The notes beneath the pieces are model-generated. The model was not told the DNA's origin and made no database searches. It saw only the letters and a list, made by a program, of their open reading frames with translations. From Podarcis gaigeae (Eukaryota): DNA of 64,000 bases. Location: assembly GCA_964106915.2 (NCBI GenBank), contig OZ066919.1. The stretch is one strand, 5' to 3'. This document shows positions 36,440 through 47,941 of this stretch, piece by piece (within the stretch, counting starts at the first letter, position 1; each line of letters begins with the position of its first letter). Made by a program: the position numbers and the translations under genes.

Positions 36440-39400
36440 GTAAGTGTGCTGGGGTTGTTCTTAAATAATCTGGCTTTGTCTAAGAAGCAAAATCTTCCTG
36501 CCAATTATTTCATCACCTCCTACTGTCATGTGGGAGGTAGCCAATTTTAAAGCTCTTTGGAGTGTTCTCTTCCTTTTTCCTCCTGGCAAGATCCAATTCC
36601 TTCCTGTCTCTTGTCATCCTGTATTAATTCAGGAGCTTGGCTTATTTTAAACCCTACCTCAAATGTCTTTGTTTCCTCTTATCAGTTGGCGTGTGTTGTG
36701 TGGTAGAAATCCCTTGGAACCTGCAGAGTGTTGGGTAATTCTTTGTCTCGTATCTCAAGATTCAGACCACACTAGGTGCTGTACAGCTTGTTATCTGTGG
36801 TTATTGTTGGCACACCAATCTATTTACCCAACTGCAAGATAAAAAATGTATTTCTCATTTATGCATTGTTGATTCAGCATAGTCCTCTGGAGTTAACTAA
36901 TTATCACCAGGAATTGTGTTCTATGGATGAAAATAAATAGATAATCTGTGCCAGGATGACCCAGATTCCGCAGTCACAAGAAAGGAATTCTATAATATGC
37001 ATGAAATATACAAGCTGATATTCAGGACTCTCCCTTTGCATACATTGCTCTGCTTCTCCTAGTCCTGGGAAGAGGCCAAGGATCATAGAAATGTAGAGGT
37101 GGAAGCAAACCCCAAGGGTCACCCAGTCCAGCCCCACAGAAGCCTTGCCCTCTAACTAGTAGAAATCCTGTCCAGCAATCCCTTTGGCTTTTGAGACTTC
37201 CCCCAGGTGTTGCCCACATACTTTAAAGCACATCATTGTAGCCATTAGTACTAGAAAGTGTTTGGTGGTTGGGTTGTTTAAACAAATAATAATAATAATC
37301 TGAGAACTCTATTCTGGATGCTACCCAAGACCTAGTGTTTTTCTGAGTTACTGTGGAGTTTGTGGTATGCAGGCAGTCCTTTCTTTTTTGAAAGGGAAAA
37401 ACCCCAAACCTTAGGGGGGAGAAAAGGGAGAAAAATTAGATTTCTTGTCTTTCATTCTGGGTGCAAAGTTCTGATGGGGAGAAAGGTCATGGGACTTGAG
37501 CTTAAACCAGTACAAGGGACTGCTGCTTTCCTAGAAACTGCTGTAACCCTCAGGCTTAAAAAATACCCTAGTCGTGTGGTGGGTTAGGTGCATCAAGAAA
37601 CCGTCTGTGTGAGCTTTATTCTGGGCAAAGCACCTTACAGCTGTTTGCATAATGACTGCTTTTCTTGTGGGAAAAGTGCTTACATATGGTACCCGGGTGG
37701 TGTTGGGAGGACTGCAGTGTGTGGCAGGCAGAATTATCTTCTGTCTGGAATGTACAGTAGACTAGGATGACAGTGAAGCAGGGGGAAACTGTTGTAAGGC
37801 AACTGTCTAAAAACTTCTGTGTGCAATTGTTAGTTGTTCTGTGACATCCTTGGGAATAAATTTAAGTGATCATAGAAAGAGGTATTTTTTTAAAAAAGAG
37901 GAGAAAAGCATTGATAAAAGCAGTTTATTTTAATTGCTTGATCTGATACCTACTATATCTTCTTGCTTCTGGAGTTGCAAAGTATTTCTGGCCTTCAGAG
38001 ATTTTTCAACGGACACAGGTTTGCAATACAACAGAGTTCTGATTATAGATGCAAATGATCTCTCCTGAAGAAACTGAGAAATGTTTGTTTTTGTGAAAAT
38101 TATTTCCCTGGAACCCTCGTTCCTTCAAGGTATGATCCAGCAACATGAATTTAGCTGAAACTCAAGTGAAGACTCTCAAATGACCCCCTGAGTCCTATCT
38201 TTGGATATAAGTGCATGTTATAAGAAGAGCAGCCTCATATCAAGTGCCCCACCCCCTTCCATAATGGGCACCACATCACTGAGCTGTGCGTTTCTCACTG
38301 TGTCATTGGATGGAATGTTCTCCTCATTGTTGAAATAACAAAATAGTCACCAGTCTTTACAACATAAGCCAGTGATGCTCACAAGCATCTGTGCTGGAAA
38401 TCCTGACATCCAAAACATATAAAGAATTGTTTACAGACCGGCTCTTAGAATCAAATGCATTTGCAACAAAGATAAAACACCAAAGGATCACTGAAAATAA
38501 ACAATGTCTCCTGCAAAAAAGAATATCCTCCACATTGCAACATCCATTGGGCTCCCATCCTGCCTAGAGAAAAGCACCTCCATCAAAGTGAGGGGCCACC
38601 TGACAAAGAGCAACATATCCCCCGTGTGGGAGACCTCCACCCACCATCTCCTAGCTATCACTTGGCAATCAGAGAAAGCTACTTTCAGAGTTTTGCTATC
38701 AGCAAGCCTCCTGCTACTGCAGTTTGCCAGCCTTCCATTCTACACAAACTGTTAGTGAGGCCTTTACGTAAGCAATCCTGGGTCTTATCCTTGTAATTTT
38801 AAGTGCTGTATCACCTGTACGTATTCCATAGATAGAGCTACCTTCAAAGCACCAGGACAGGTAGAACGTATCACTTCAAACAGACCATCACCTGCAGGTC
38901 ATGCAAAAGAATTTATATCATTGAATGCAAAGAAAAGAAAAGAAAAGAGAAAGAAAGAATGTTTTTGAGTTATGATGATGCTTCTGGAATTCCCCCACAC
39001 TTGTTAGCTGTAGCACAGGCTGTATGGTGCTTCTTTGTTCCTTCCCATACATTTGATGGGTGGGGTATACCATCTGTGCTGCATGGGGACTCTGCACTCT
39101 GGTGAGCACCCAACACAATGGCTTAATTTTTGAAGGCACAGTTTAGCCTGCTTTATTGCACGCTAGTGTGCTCTGGCCTCCAGCATTAGAATCGCTAGCT
39201 TCCTGCATGGAGAGGGAAGACAACATTTCTTCCTAACTTGCTTCATATGTTTGCTGAAAGTTCCCAGCTGTATATGTGAGTCTGTGACTTGAGTTGAAAG
39301 CCTGACGAAACTGGTGTCTGATGAGCTCTTGTTCTGCTCCATGTCCTAGACATGAGCAATTAGGCCTGTCTGTGCTAAGGAAAGCAGAAAGTTTGTTCTC

Positions 39401-40045
39401 TCTCATTCACATGCACAGACACACAGGATGCAGCTGGGGCAGGCTGGTCTCGCTGCTATCTTTCCCTGCAGTTTGCATGCCAGAGAGCAGTGTAAACTGT
39501 GTGGGAGGGCTGTGGGAAGGCTAGAAACTGTAGCACAGCTGGAGAGACAGCCGGGTGGAAAATCTAGTACACTCAGCAACATATCGCGACTCCAGCCCTT
39601 TAGGGTGAGGGGTGGGGAAGGCATGCTCATGGACGAAGGCTAATTGCCTCCACCTCCTGGAGCCTCGGGCAAGAGCAGGGGAACCATAAGGATAGTGCTA
39701 TTCTGGTTTGCACCAAGGTACCTATGCAGCTCCCTGAGGTTCCGCTGCCTTGGGGTGGTTTTACCCCAAAGCTGCTGGACTGAGGATCAGGCAGCAGCTC
39801 AACACTGCAGATGCAGGAAGGGTGGGTCAGCTTGACTCTGCTCTGTGGATTGGTAGCTCAGCCCAGGCTTTCCATTTGGGCCCCCTCCCCCCGCCCCCAA
39901 GTCTAAGGAATTGCACCCGCACAACTTTATAGACTTGGTAGCGTTTACTTCTGGATTTGTTGCCTGGAGCAGATGGAAAAGGGTTTAGCAGGGAGATGTG
40001 CCTAGTGGCCTACTAAACAAGCACATGTTTGTTCCTTACCTCTAG

Positions 40046-40234
40046 CTTGCAACTGCAATGGCCGGTCACAGGAGTGCTACTTTGATCCTGAACTCTACCG
40101 TTCCACGGGCCACGGTGGCCACTGCACAAGCTGCTTTGGTAATACTGACGGACCAAACTGCGAGAGATGTCGGGAGAATTTCTACCGCCTTGGGAGTGAG
40201 GAAGCGTGCCTGCCATGTAACTGCAACCCTGTTG
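40046..40234 (+). CDS. LAMC1: Laminin gamma-1 exon 5 (LE repeat), 189 nt
   Basis: cctctag|CTTGC ... GTTG|gtgagt; CNCNGRSQECYFDPELYRSTGHGGHCTSC...CNCNPV. Confidence 0.97.
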
Positions 40235-40706
40235 GTGAGTGGCAGAGATGGTGAATCTCTTTGGGTTTTTCAGTTGTTAAGCTTCCAAAGGGAGAGAGTT
40301 CTTGGCATGCTGACAATTTTAAAAGGTTACCCTTTGTGGGTTTAAATTGTAACAACTAGAATAACATTTGTGTGAAGTCAGTTCTTAAATCAGCTTTATT
40401 TTTTAAAGGGTAGGGGGCCTACCAAAATGGTTGTAGTCCTAATGGGTGGGATGTATTTGAGATGGAGAAGAGATTGTCTCTTGCAAGGATCACGTGGAAG
40501 GGGCCAATGGGTTGCCCTGCCCATGGGGCATGGCCACCCAATATCAGCGATGGAGGGGCCCATTATGGAAGAGGCAGTGATGTCCCCGAGTGCTTCCTCC
40601 AACAGGAGTGGAGAGTTAAGCCTCCTTGCTGCACCTAGTGATTCAAGTTATCTGGCGTGACTGATGAGGTTAACCCTCTTCTGGTGTGTCTAGAATTCTC
40701 GTTCTT

Positions 40707-40855
40707 GGTCACAGCTCAGTTGGTAGAGCATGAGACTCTTAATCTCAGGGTCACAAGTTTGAGCCCTGTGTTGGGCTACAAATCCCTGCATTGCAGGGGA
40801 ATGGGCTAGATGACCCTCATGGTCCCTTCCAACTCTACAGTTCTATAGTTCTAGA
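40707..40855 (+). mobile_element. tRNA-Lys(CTT)-derived SINE with CR1-type 3' tail
   Basis: agctcagttggtagagcatgagactcttaatctcaggg...ttgggc, then ctagatgaccctcatggtcccttccaactctacagttctat. Confidence 0.85.
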
Positions 40856-41584
40856 ATGAATGATGTGTGAACAGAGATCTGTACTTGGGCATTGGTAGAA
40901 TAGTGTTTAAAATGTTAAACAGTTGTTATCCAGATTCACATATTCAATAAAATCTGTACAGAATGTAATATAGCTGAGGTGCCCAACTCAGGCACTGATC
41001 TGAGCTGTGTTTATGTGTTTCTCTGTCAGGCTAACGCTGCAATCAGACTCTTATTTTGCTATTGTGCCAAGTGTAAATGCCAAGTGGGGTTGCAACAATG
41101 AGGACTGGTTTTTCAGTCAACGGCAAATTTAGAAGGCCTGATAAGGAGCATTAAAAACTTGTAGCATATTCCATGACACAACAGGCAGCCAGTGTATATT
41201 TAAAGTGTGTGTGTGTGTGTGTGTTGATTTAAGATGGCATTTTTGCCTGAGTAATTGTTCCTAAATAATTGCTGGCTTGAAGGAAGACTGTTGACTGTAT
41301 ATGGTAAAGGTCTTTGTGAGCTTCTTGTTGCTAAATCAATCTGTTTTGTTTTAATCCTCTTAATGTTTTTTTGTGTCAATCTTTTTCTAGCCTAAAGATG
41401 AAGTAACCTCTTGCAATGCTAATGAGAAATTAGCTTTGTAATGTCATCCTTGTCTCTTTAAAATACTGATACTTGACCCACTGGAAAGCAACACAAATGA
41501 TCTCAGTGTATCCTAGTTTGGAGTTAAATGCTTTGAGATGCCAGTTAACTTCTAGGCCCAGTTCAGCAAGCCTTGCCATTAATG

Positions 41585-41936
41585 CAGGGGTCAGCAAGGC
41601 TTACTGGGCATGGGCCGGATCACTCCCACAGAGATCCTCCAGCGCAGCGCGACACCGAAAATCATGTCTGCGCATGTCCGCGGTGCCGGAAATCGCTTCT
41701 GCGCATGCGCAGACGCCATAAAGTGCGCCTCCACAGAAGCAATTTCCAGCATCTGGGCATGCACAGAAGTGATTTCCAGAGCCACAGGAGAGAGTCCCCA
41801 CACCGCACTGCGCCGGTTTAGCGCGGCGCATGGGGACTCGCTGAGTGGGCAGCTTGGTTCAGGGGCGGCTCATGGGCCAGTTAAGTGACCCTCATGGGCT
41901 GCCTTTGGCCCATGTGCCTTAGGTTGCCGACCTCTG
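41585..41936. mobile_element. hAT MITE with internal TGCGCATG repeats
   Basis: TIRs CAGGGGTCAGCAA / TTGCCGACCTCTG; TSD CATTAATG / CTTTAATG (7/8). Confidence 0.85.
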
Positions 41937-42827
41937 CTTTAATGTAAGAGGCATCTAGCCTGCTTCCTGTGCTGCCAGTCACCAATCTAGAAGGAAAAGA
42001 TATGTGGAGACACAGCATATGCTTCAAGAGAACTTGCCAACAGGATTATTTAGAGTGTGTTATTGAAGTGGGCTTCTTGGGAAGCTGATTGTTGATCCGT
42101 GCTTTACTGGATTGTGACCTATATTATTTCAGGTAAAGCCTCTTGCTTATGAAACCCCAAAGCCTATATAGTTGGGTTCTGTATTCCTTCAGTATAGGAA
42201 CTTAACATGGTTGGGGTGAAGCCAGTGTGCTCTGCAGTTATGGAATGACCTTCCAGGTGAGATCTGAGAGTGGACATCGCTCCTCGCCTTTGGGGCAGAG
42301 TCTTCTGTGAAAGCTTTTTAGATTGCTGAGTCTGGTGGCATTTGGCCTGGCTGCCGCTGGCCCAGGATATCTGAGTCTGCGCTGCGTCAGAGCCCAGGTG
42401 GAAGCTCTTTGACAGAACGCACCTCTGTACAGAAACAGTCCCTGCCAATAGACAAGGGCCACCTTAAAGGAAAAGGGCTGTGCTAGAATTCTTCTTCCTG
42501 TCATCTGCTGTCCTTTATTTGAGGAATCTTATTCATGGAGCATTTCATCACTCGAACCCCCACCTGCCACTGGAAGTGCTGCAGTCCAGACTCAAGTTGC
42601 CACCTCAGTGAAAGCTAGACTTTTGCTTTATGTATGTAATAGGACACCAGGTTCTTGTGGCTTTGCTGGTCTGATTTATATAGAAGCTGAACATTCTACA
42701 ACCCGCAGCCCATAGAGAGATATGATAACACTGCTTTTAAATAAATGAAATTATGTACGCAAAGCCCAGGTTATAACTCAGATCAGCAAAAGAGAGCTGG
42801 GGGGGGGGAGTGGAGTCTGCTGCTTCC

Positions 42828-42869
42828 TACAATTGACAAGCAAATCATACAATTGACAAGCAAATCATA
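42828..42869. repeat. 20-bp tandem duplication
   Basis: tacaattgacaagcaaatca x2. Confidence 0.9.
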
Positions 42870-43153
42870 AGCTGTTTTTTAAACTCCCTCAATTGCAGTG
42901 GACAGACAGCTGGATATTGAGCTTCTCAAAAACACCATATAACTAAATAACTAGCAGCGCAGTTCATGCTCTTTTGCCTCACAAAATGTACAGGATTTTT
43001 GCGTGCATGGGCTTAGCCTATTCTGAGCTGTGCCAGCAAGAATCAAAATAGTTTGTTTTACATTGTATTGGAGCAAAAGGTTGTTCTTATCTAAGTATAT
43101 GCACCACTGGGTGGGGGGGGGGGACACACACACCGTATAACTGCCAAGTATTA

Positions 43154-43298
43154 CTTCTGTTTCAGTGTATCTGAAGAAGTGTGCATGCACACGAAAGCTC
43201 ATACCAAGAACTGACTTAGTTGGTCTTTAAGGTGCTACTGGAAGGAATTTTTTTTGTTTTGACTATGGCAGACCAACACGGCTACCTATCTGTAACTG
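43154..43298 (+). mobile_element. Penelope-like element terminal fragment
   Basis: ctgaagaag...cgaaagctc...ttagttggtctttaaggtgctac...cagaccaacacggctac; flanked by 12-bp direct repeat TGCCAAGTATTA (43142-43153, 43299-43310). Confidence 0.8.
43167..43204 (+). ncRNA. Minimal type-I hammerhead ribozyme motif (Penelope-associated)
   Basis: GTAT-CTGAAGA-a-GTGTGC at GCACAC-GAAA-GC-TC-ATAC: core CUGANGA/GAAA, 6-bp stem II, 4-bp helix I, palindromic AGCU in place of stem III. Confidence 0.65.
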
Positions 43299-43605
43299 TG
43301 CCAAGTATTAAATTATGGATGATTGCAGCTTCAATATAGGATAAGTCCTGATTTGAGTGTGTAGGTTGGAAACCTTTAGATGGTTAACACATGTTGCATA
43401 TTTTACTTCAGATTACTTCATCTAGATAACATTGTTTTAGTCTGGGGTGGAGGGGCTATAGAAATGATATACTATTGTGATTGCCTTTGCCTATTCTAGG
43501 ATCCCGGTCCCTCCCTATTTAAGGGCCTAGTTTGAAGAACAAATAGTGCAGTTTTTGTGTTGATTTGCTTTTTAATAGTACCTTGATCTCATTTTGTGCA
43601 CACAG

Positions 43606-43723
43606 GTTCCCTCAGCACTCAGTGTGACAACTATGGGCGGTGCAGTTGTAAGCCTGGTGTGATGGGCGACAAATGTGATAGATGTCAGCCCGGCTTCCAC
43701 TCTCTCACAGAGGCCGGTTGCAG
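43606..43723 (+). CDS. LAMC1: Laminin gamma-1 exon 6, 118 nt
   Basis: cacacag|GTTCC ... TGCAG|gtaaac; [40 protein letters not shown]. Confidence 0.96.
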
Positions 43724-43990
43724 GTAAACGTTGACTGACCCTAGATCAATATATAGATGAAAGTAGTGGCTGTGACAGAGAATGTGCAACAGGGATGAGG
43801 AACCTCCTGGTGTTGCTGGGCTACAGCTCTCAGCATTCCTGACCACTGGCCATGATGGCTGGGGGCTGGTGAGAGTTGTGGCCCATCCATACCTGCAGGG
43901 CCCCAGGGCCCCTTCCTGATATATTACCTGGAAACTTGGTTTCCTTCTTCTCCTCAGGGCTCTGACTGGACTTCTTTGCTTCTCTTCCAG

Positions 43991-44089
43991 GCGGTGCTCT
44001 TGCAATCCTGCTGGCAGTATGGACGAGTGCAACATGGACACGGGGCGTTGCACCTGCAGAGACAACGCTGAGGGCTTCAACTGTGAAAG
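43991..44089 (+). CDS. LAMC1: Laminin gamma-1 exon 7, 99 nt
   Basis: tcttccag|GCGG ... GAAAG|gtagtg; RCSCNPAGSMDECNMDTGRCTCRDNAEGFNCER. Confidence 0.96.
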
Positions 44090-45061
44090 GTAGTGGGGTT
44101 TGCATTGCGTCACAGGATTTTGAATGTGGGATTTGACCCATTTGTTGCGCTTTGCCTTTCTGCCCTTTGTAGGGCTCAGAGCAGTGTACAAAAGGGATGA
44201 TCCCTTTTTTATCCTTACAAAAAATCCATGATGCATATCAAGCTTAGGAGATGGCTGCTTTTTGAAAGGCTTCCTAATGAATCTGATGGTTGAGAGCAGC
44301 TCCTGATGTTTCAGTCCGTTTCTCACAAACAGCAGGTGGGGTAGTAAATTGGCACCTGTGCTGGGATTGAGTGAAAAGATTTCACCTGAGAATGTTGGGC
44401 TCAGTTTTTGTAGGGGAGATGGAAGAGAAATTTGGGCCACTGAAATGAGGCCATGTTGCCAATTGAGAATTAAATATGTAGAGATCCACTTGGCAGTAGT
44501 GGCCTTTTTTTTTCCTTCTCAACTTGCAGCAGTTCTTCTGCCGTTAGTGAGAACAAGCTCTTTAGGGCTCAGTAACATTTGTTGTGGAACACGCTGCTGT
44601 TATCCTAGCAAAAGCACAGGGTGAATTTGATTATCTATGACAGGTGCACGTCTTTAGACACCCCCTTGTATACTTGTGCAGAGGTTGGGTCGCAGCTCTC
44701 CAAGAGAACATGGGTATATAGCCATGGAAATAACAATTGCCGTATAAAGTGAGGAATGGTTCTGAGTAGGGATTAGAGTCCAGCTTTTCCGGGTCAAAGA
44801 CCAGCATCTATCTGCTGCACCACAGAAGAAAGACAATCTCTAGTAATACTTTTTCAGGATGCTGGCTGTTATTTTACCAGAATGGAAGGCTTCCTCAGAT
44901 TTAGTGTGAAGTTCTGCCACAAAGTGGTCTAGCTTGACTGTAAGAAATATTGTGGATGCAGCTCTGTGGCCCAGTTAAATGAAACTCTTAAAGATGTGAA
45001 GGCAGAAGATCAATGTAGGAGAAGGATTAGAAGTGCTTAGTGGTTTTTTACTTTATTTTAG

Positions 45062-45198
45062 GTGTAAACCTGGCTTTTTTAACCTGGATCCTGCCAATCC
45101 GAGGGGATGCACTCCCTGCTTCTGTTTTGGGCACTCATCTGTCTGTACCAATGCCGTTGGATACAGCACCTACCGAATTACCTCCAGCTTTCAGTTTG
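45062..45198 (+). CDS. LAMC1: Laminin gamma-1 exon 8, 137 nt
   Basis: attttag|GTGTAAA ... TTTG|gtaagt; [45 protein letters not shown]. Confidence 0.96.
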
Positions 45199-45441
45199 GT
45201 AAGTGCAAGTTTCAGTCTAACTTGAACAACTCCTGCCCTATACCTTAAAAGCTTTAACATTTTATTTTCACAAGATAGAGAAAGCTGCCTGATTCCAGCT
45301 GCCCTGCAGCAGAACATGGTTTGTGTTGCAGAAAATATAAATTAAATTATAAAATGATAAGGTTACATCAAGAAAAGCACAGGCTATGCAGCAAATTAGT
45401 TTGGCAGCGCTTAAGTTCCAGTTTCTTTTTGTGGCTTTCAG

Positions 45442-45564
45442 GAGAGGAGGACTGGCACGCAGAACAGCGAGATGGCTCTGAAATCTCAGTTCAGTGGATT
45501 AGTGAGACTCAAGAAATATCTGTGATCTCAGAAACTCCCTTTCCCATCTACTTCATTGCTCCAG
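45442..45564 (+). CDS. LAMC1: Laminin gamma-1 exon 9 (L4 domain), 123 nt
   Basis: ctttcag|GAGAG ... CCAG|gtatat; EEDWHAEQRDGSEISVQWISETQEISVISETPFPIYFIAP. Confidence 0.95.
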
Positions 45565-45679
45565 GTATATAACAAGAGTGGCATGGTTATTTGCATGGAC
45601 CGGTAGCGTGCTAATATTTACAACTAAACTCTCTGCCTTTACCATTCCTTGGATGTGGACTTTGTTGCTTCCCTTTCAG

Positions 45680-45869
45680 GCAAGTTCCTTGGGAATCAAA
45701 TCTTGAGTTACGGCCAAAACGTGACATTCTCTTTTCGGGTCGATAGGCGGGACACACGCCTTTCTGCGGAGGACATAGTGCTTGAAGGGGCTGGCCTGAG
45801 AGTATCTGTACCTCTGATTGCTCAAGGCAACTCCTATCCCAGTGAGAGCACCCTGAAGTATGCCTTCAG
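45680..45869 (+). CDS. LAMC1: Laminin gamma-1 exon 10 (L4 domain), 190 nt
   Basis: ctttcag|GCAAG ... TTCAG|gtgagg; KFLGNQILSYGQNVTFSFRVDRRDTRLSAEDIVLEGAGLRVSVPLIAQGNSYPSE. Confidence 0.97.
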
Positions 45870-47030
45870 GTGAGGACATGTGTATTGTGTTTTTCTAATC
45901 TGGGGAAGTTCAAGGTTGATCGAAGGAGCAGCAAATGGCTTTAACCAGAATCTAACGCAGCACAAAATGTTTCTTTAAAGAGAGTGCAGTTTCGGATTGG
46001 AATTCTAGCTGTGGCCAGCTATGAATTACTTAGCTTGAATCATTGATAAAAGCCGCCTGCAAAAACTCTGGGAACAATGAGATTGTGTTTTTTTCAACCA
46101 TTTGAAGTTGGCCCATAATTATTGTGCATGCATGTCTCCGTTCTAGATGTAGGCATGTTATTCCCAATGCCACTTGGCAGGCAGTATCCTGCATATTGAG
46201 AGGGATTTTTTCCTTGTATCTGAGTGGATGAAGAACACCTCTTTTAATATAGCTCTATGCAGCATTTTTTTAAAAGTAATTTGTATTAAAAAGAATGCTA
46301 CTTTAAAAATGTCTGCTGCCAATTTAATTATGCAGTAGGTTTTTAACTGATTACTCTAACCAATTGTCTGATGTTTGTAGCCCAAACAATATGTCAGCAT
46401 CACTTAAGAGAGCTACGCTTTTGAGGCTAAAAAGTGTGAAGCTCTGATTTTTGAGGGGAAAGGAGGGGTTATGATCCAGCCAGAGTTGAGCACTTTTGAA
46501 GTCCTGTTAATATTAATTGGGGAGAGTTAAGAGTGCACCCAACTTTTCCCGTTCAACCAGTGTGTCTGCAGGTGATTGCTTCACTTTTTGTGGGATCATG
46601 TCTAAATTTTGTTTGAGGACACACATTCATATTTTAAGCTTAAAATGGACTGAGTGTTATATCCCACATGGTTATTAATAAAAGGCTAATTCAGACTGTA
46701 ACATTCTTAAAAACATTATAGCTCCATCCTGTATTGATTTGTTGTTTTTCCTCTCCTTCCTCTGAATAGCTCAGGGCAGCTTATGGATATGTTTTAGACC
46801 CAGCTTTGATTCAACAGAACCAGCTCCCTGTGTCTTCGGATCACCTTCTCTGACTATCTCAATGTGGATAGTTTCTTGTCCTATTTATGGATGCATTTTG
46901 TTCCCAGCTCTTCAGGGCTGCCACCTTTCTTTCTCTTCACTGCCAGTGTAAAAAATGCAACTGGAACAAAGCATGCAAAATAGAACTGTCTTGTGTGCAT
47001 CGTTCCCCCTCAGGTTGAACCATTTGCTGT

Positions 47031-47351
47031 CCTAGGGCTTGCCGATCAGAAGGTCGGCGGTTCGAATCCCCGTGACGGGGTGAGCTCCCGTTGCTCAGTC
47101 CCAGCTCCTGCCCACCTAGCAGTTCAAAAGCACAAAGTGCAAGTAGAGAAATAGGTCTCGCTCCGGTGGGAAGGTGAACGGCGTTTCCGTGCACTCCTCT
47201 GGTTCGCCAGAAGCGGCTTGGTCATGCTGGCCACATGACCCGGAAGCTGTACGCCAGCTCCCTCGACCAATAAAGCGAGATGAGCGCTGCAACCCCAGAG
47301 TCAGTCACGACTGGACCTAATGGTCAGGGGTCCCTTTACCCTTTACCTTTA
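47031..47351 (+). mobile_element. Sauria SINE, 5'-truncated
   Basis: ggttcgaatccccgtgacgggg...ggtcaggggtccctttaccctttaccttta. Confidence 0.92.
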
Positions 47352-47828
47352 CACACTCTAATAGCTTTTTAAACACAGCTGTTCCAACTTGACAGTGGTG
47401 CCTATTTGAATGGGATCATTGTGCCTATTTGAACGGGATGATGGATAGTGAGCTGCATGGCAGCTGCTGTGTGAGACTTTTGGGTGTTAGTGGCTCTGGA
47501 AATCTTGGCTGACCAGCTGATGGCTGGGCAGGCTAGAGTGAGTGTGACCTCCTTCAAGCGCTGCTGGCACGCCACTGCCAGGTGGGGGGCAAAGAATGGG
47601 AAGTTGCTCCAGAATCTCTTAGCCTGGTGGGATGGAAAGGAAGAAACAAATAAAAGTGCCTAACCCTTTGCACTAATCCCTGGGTAGAGGCAAGTGCCCC
47701 CCGCCCCCCCAAATAATAATACAGTAACATTGCACAGTTTCTTGAGTTGTCCTGTAGAAGGGGAATGACTAATCTCACAAGTGAATGCTTTAGAGGTTTA
47801 AAAGTGATGCATGTTGCTTCCCTGTTAG

Positions 47829-47941
47829 ACTCCATGAAGCTGCAGATTATCCATGGAGACCTTCTCTTACCCCGTTTGAGTTCCAGAAGCTGCTGCACAA
47901 CTTAACAGCAATCAAGATCCGTGGAACCTACAGTGAGAGGA
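47829..47941 (+). CDS. LAMC1: Laminin gamma-1 exon 11 (L4 domain), 113 nt
   Basis: ctgttag|ACTCC ... GAGGA|gtaagt; LHEAADYPWRPSLTPFEFQKLLHNLTAIKIRGTYSER. Not visible in the ORF track; found by reading the sequence. Confidence 0.96.

Noticed and set aside
38330-38900. Possible decayed minus-strand LINE 3' end (Cys-rich GCCNVED-like stretch)
   Set aside because: Too degenerate to assign by eye.
40707-40778. tRNA-Lys gene (also about 62725-62793)
   Set aside because: Acceptor and T-arm pairing are degraded and each copy is fused to a CR1 tail, so these are SINE heads.
43685-44440. 251-aa minus-strand ORF
   Set aside because: It is antisense to LAMC1 exons 6-7 and their introns and has no recognisable domain.
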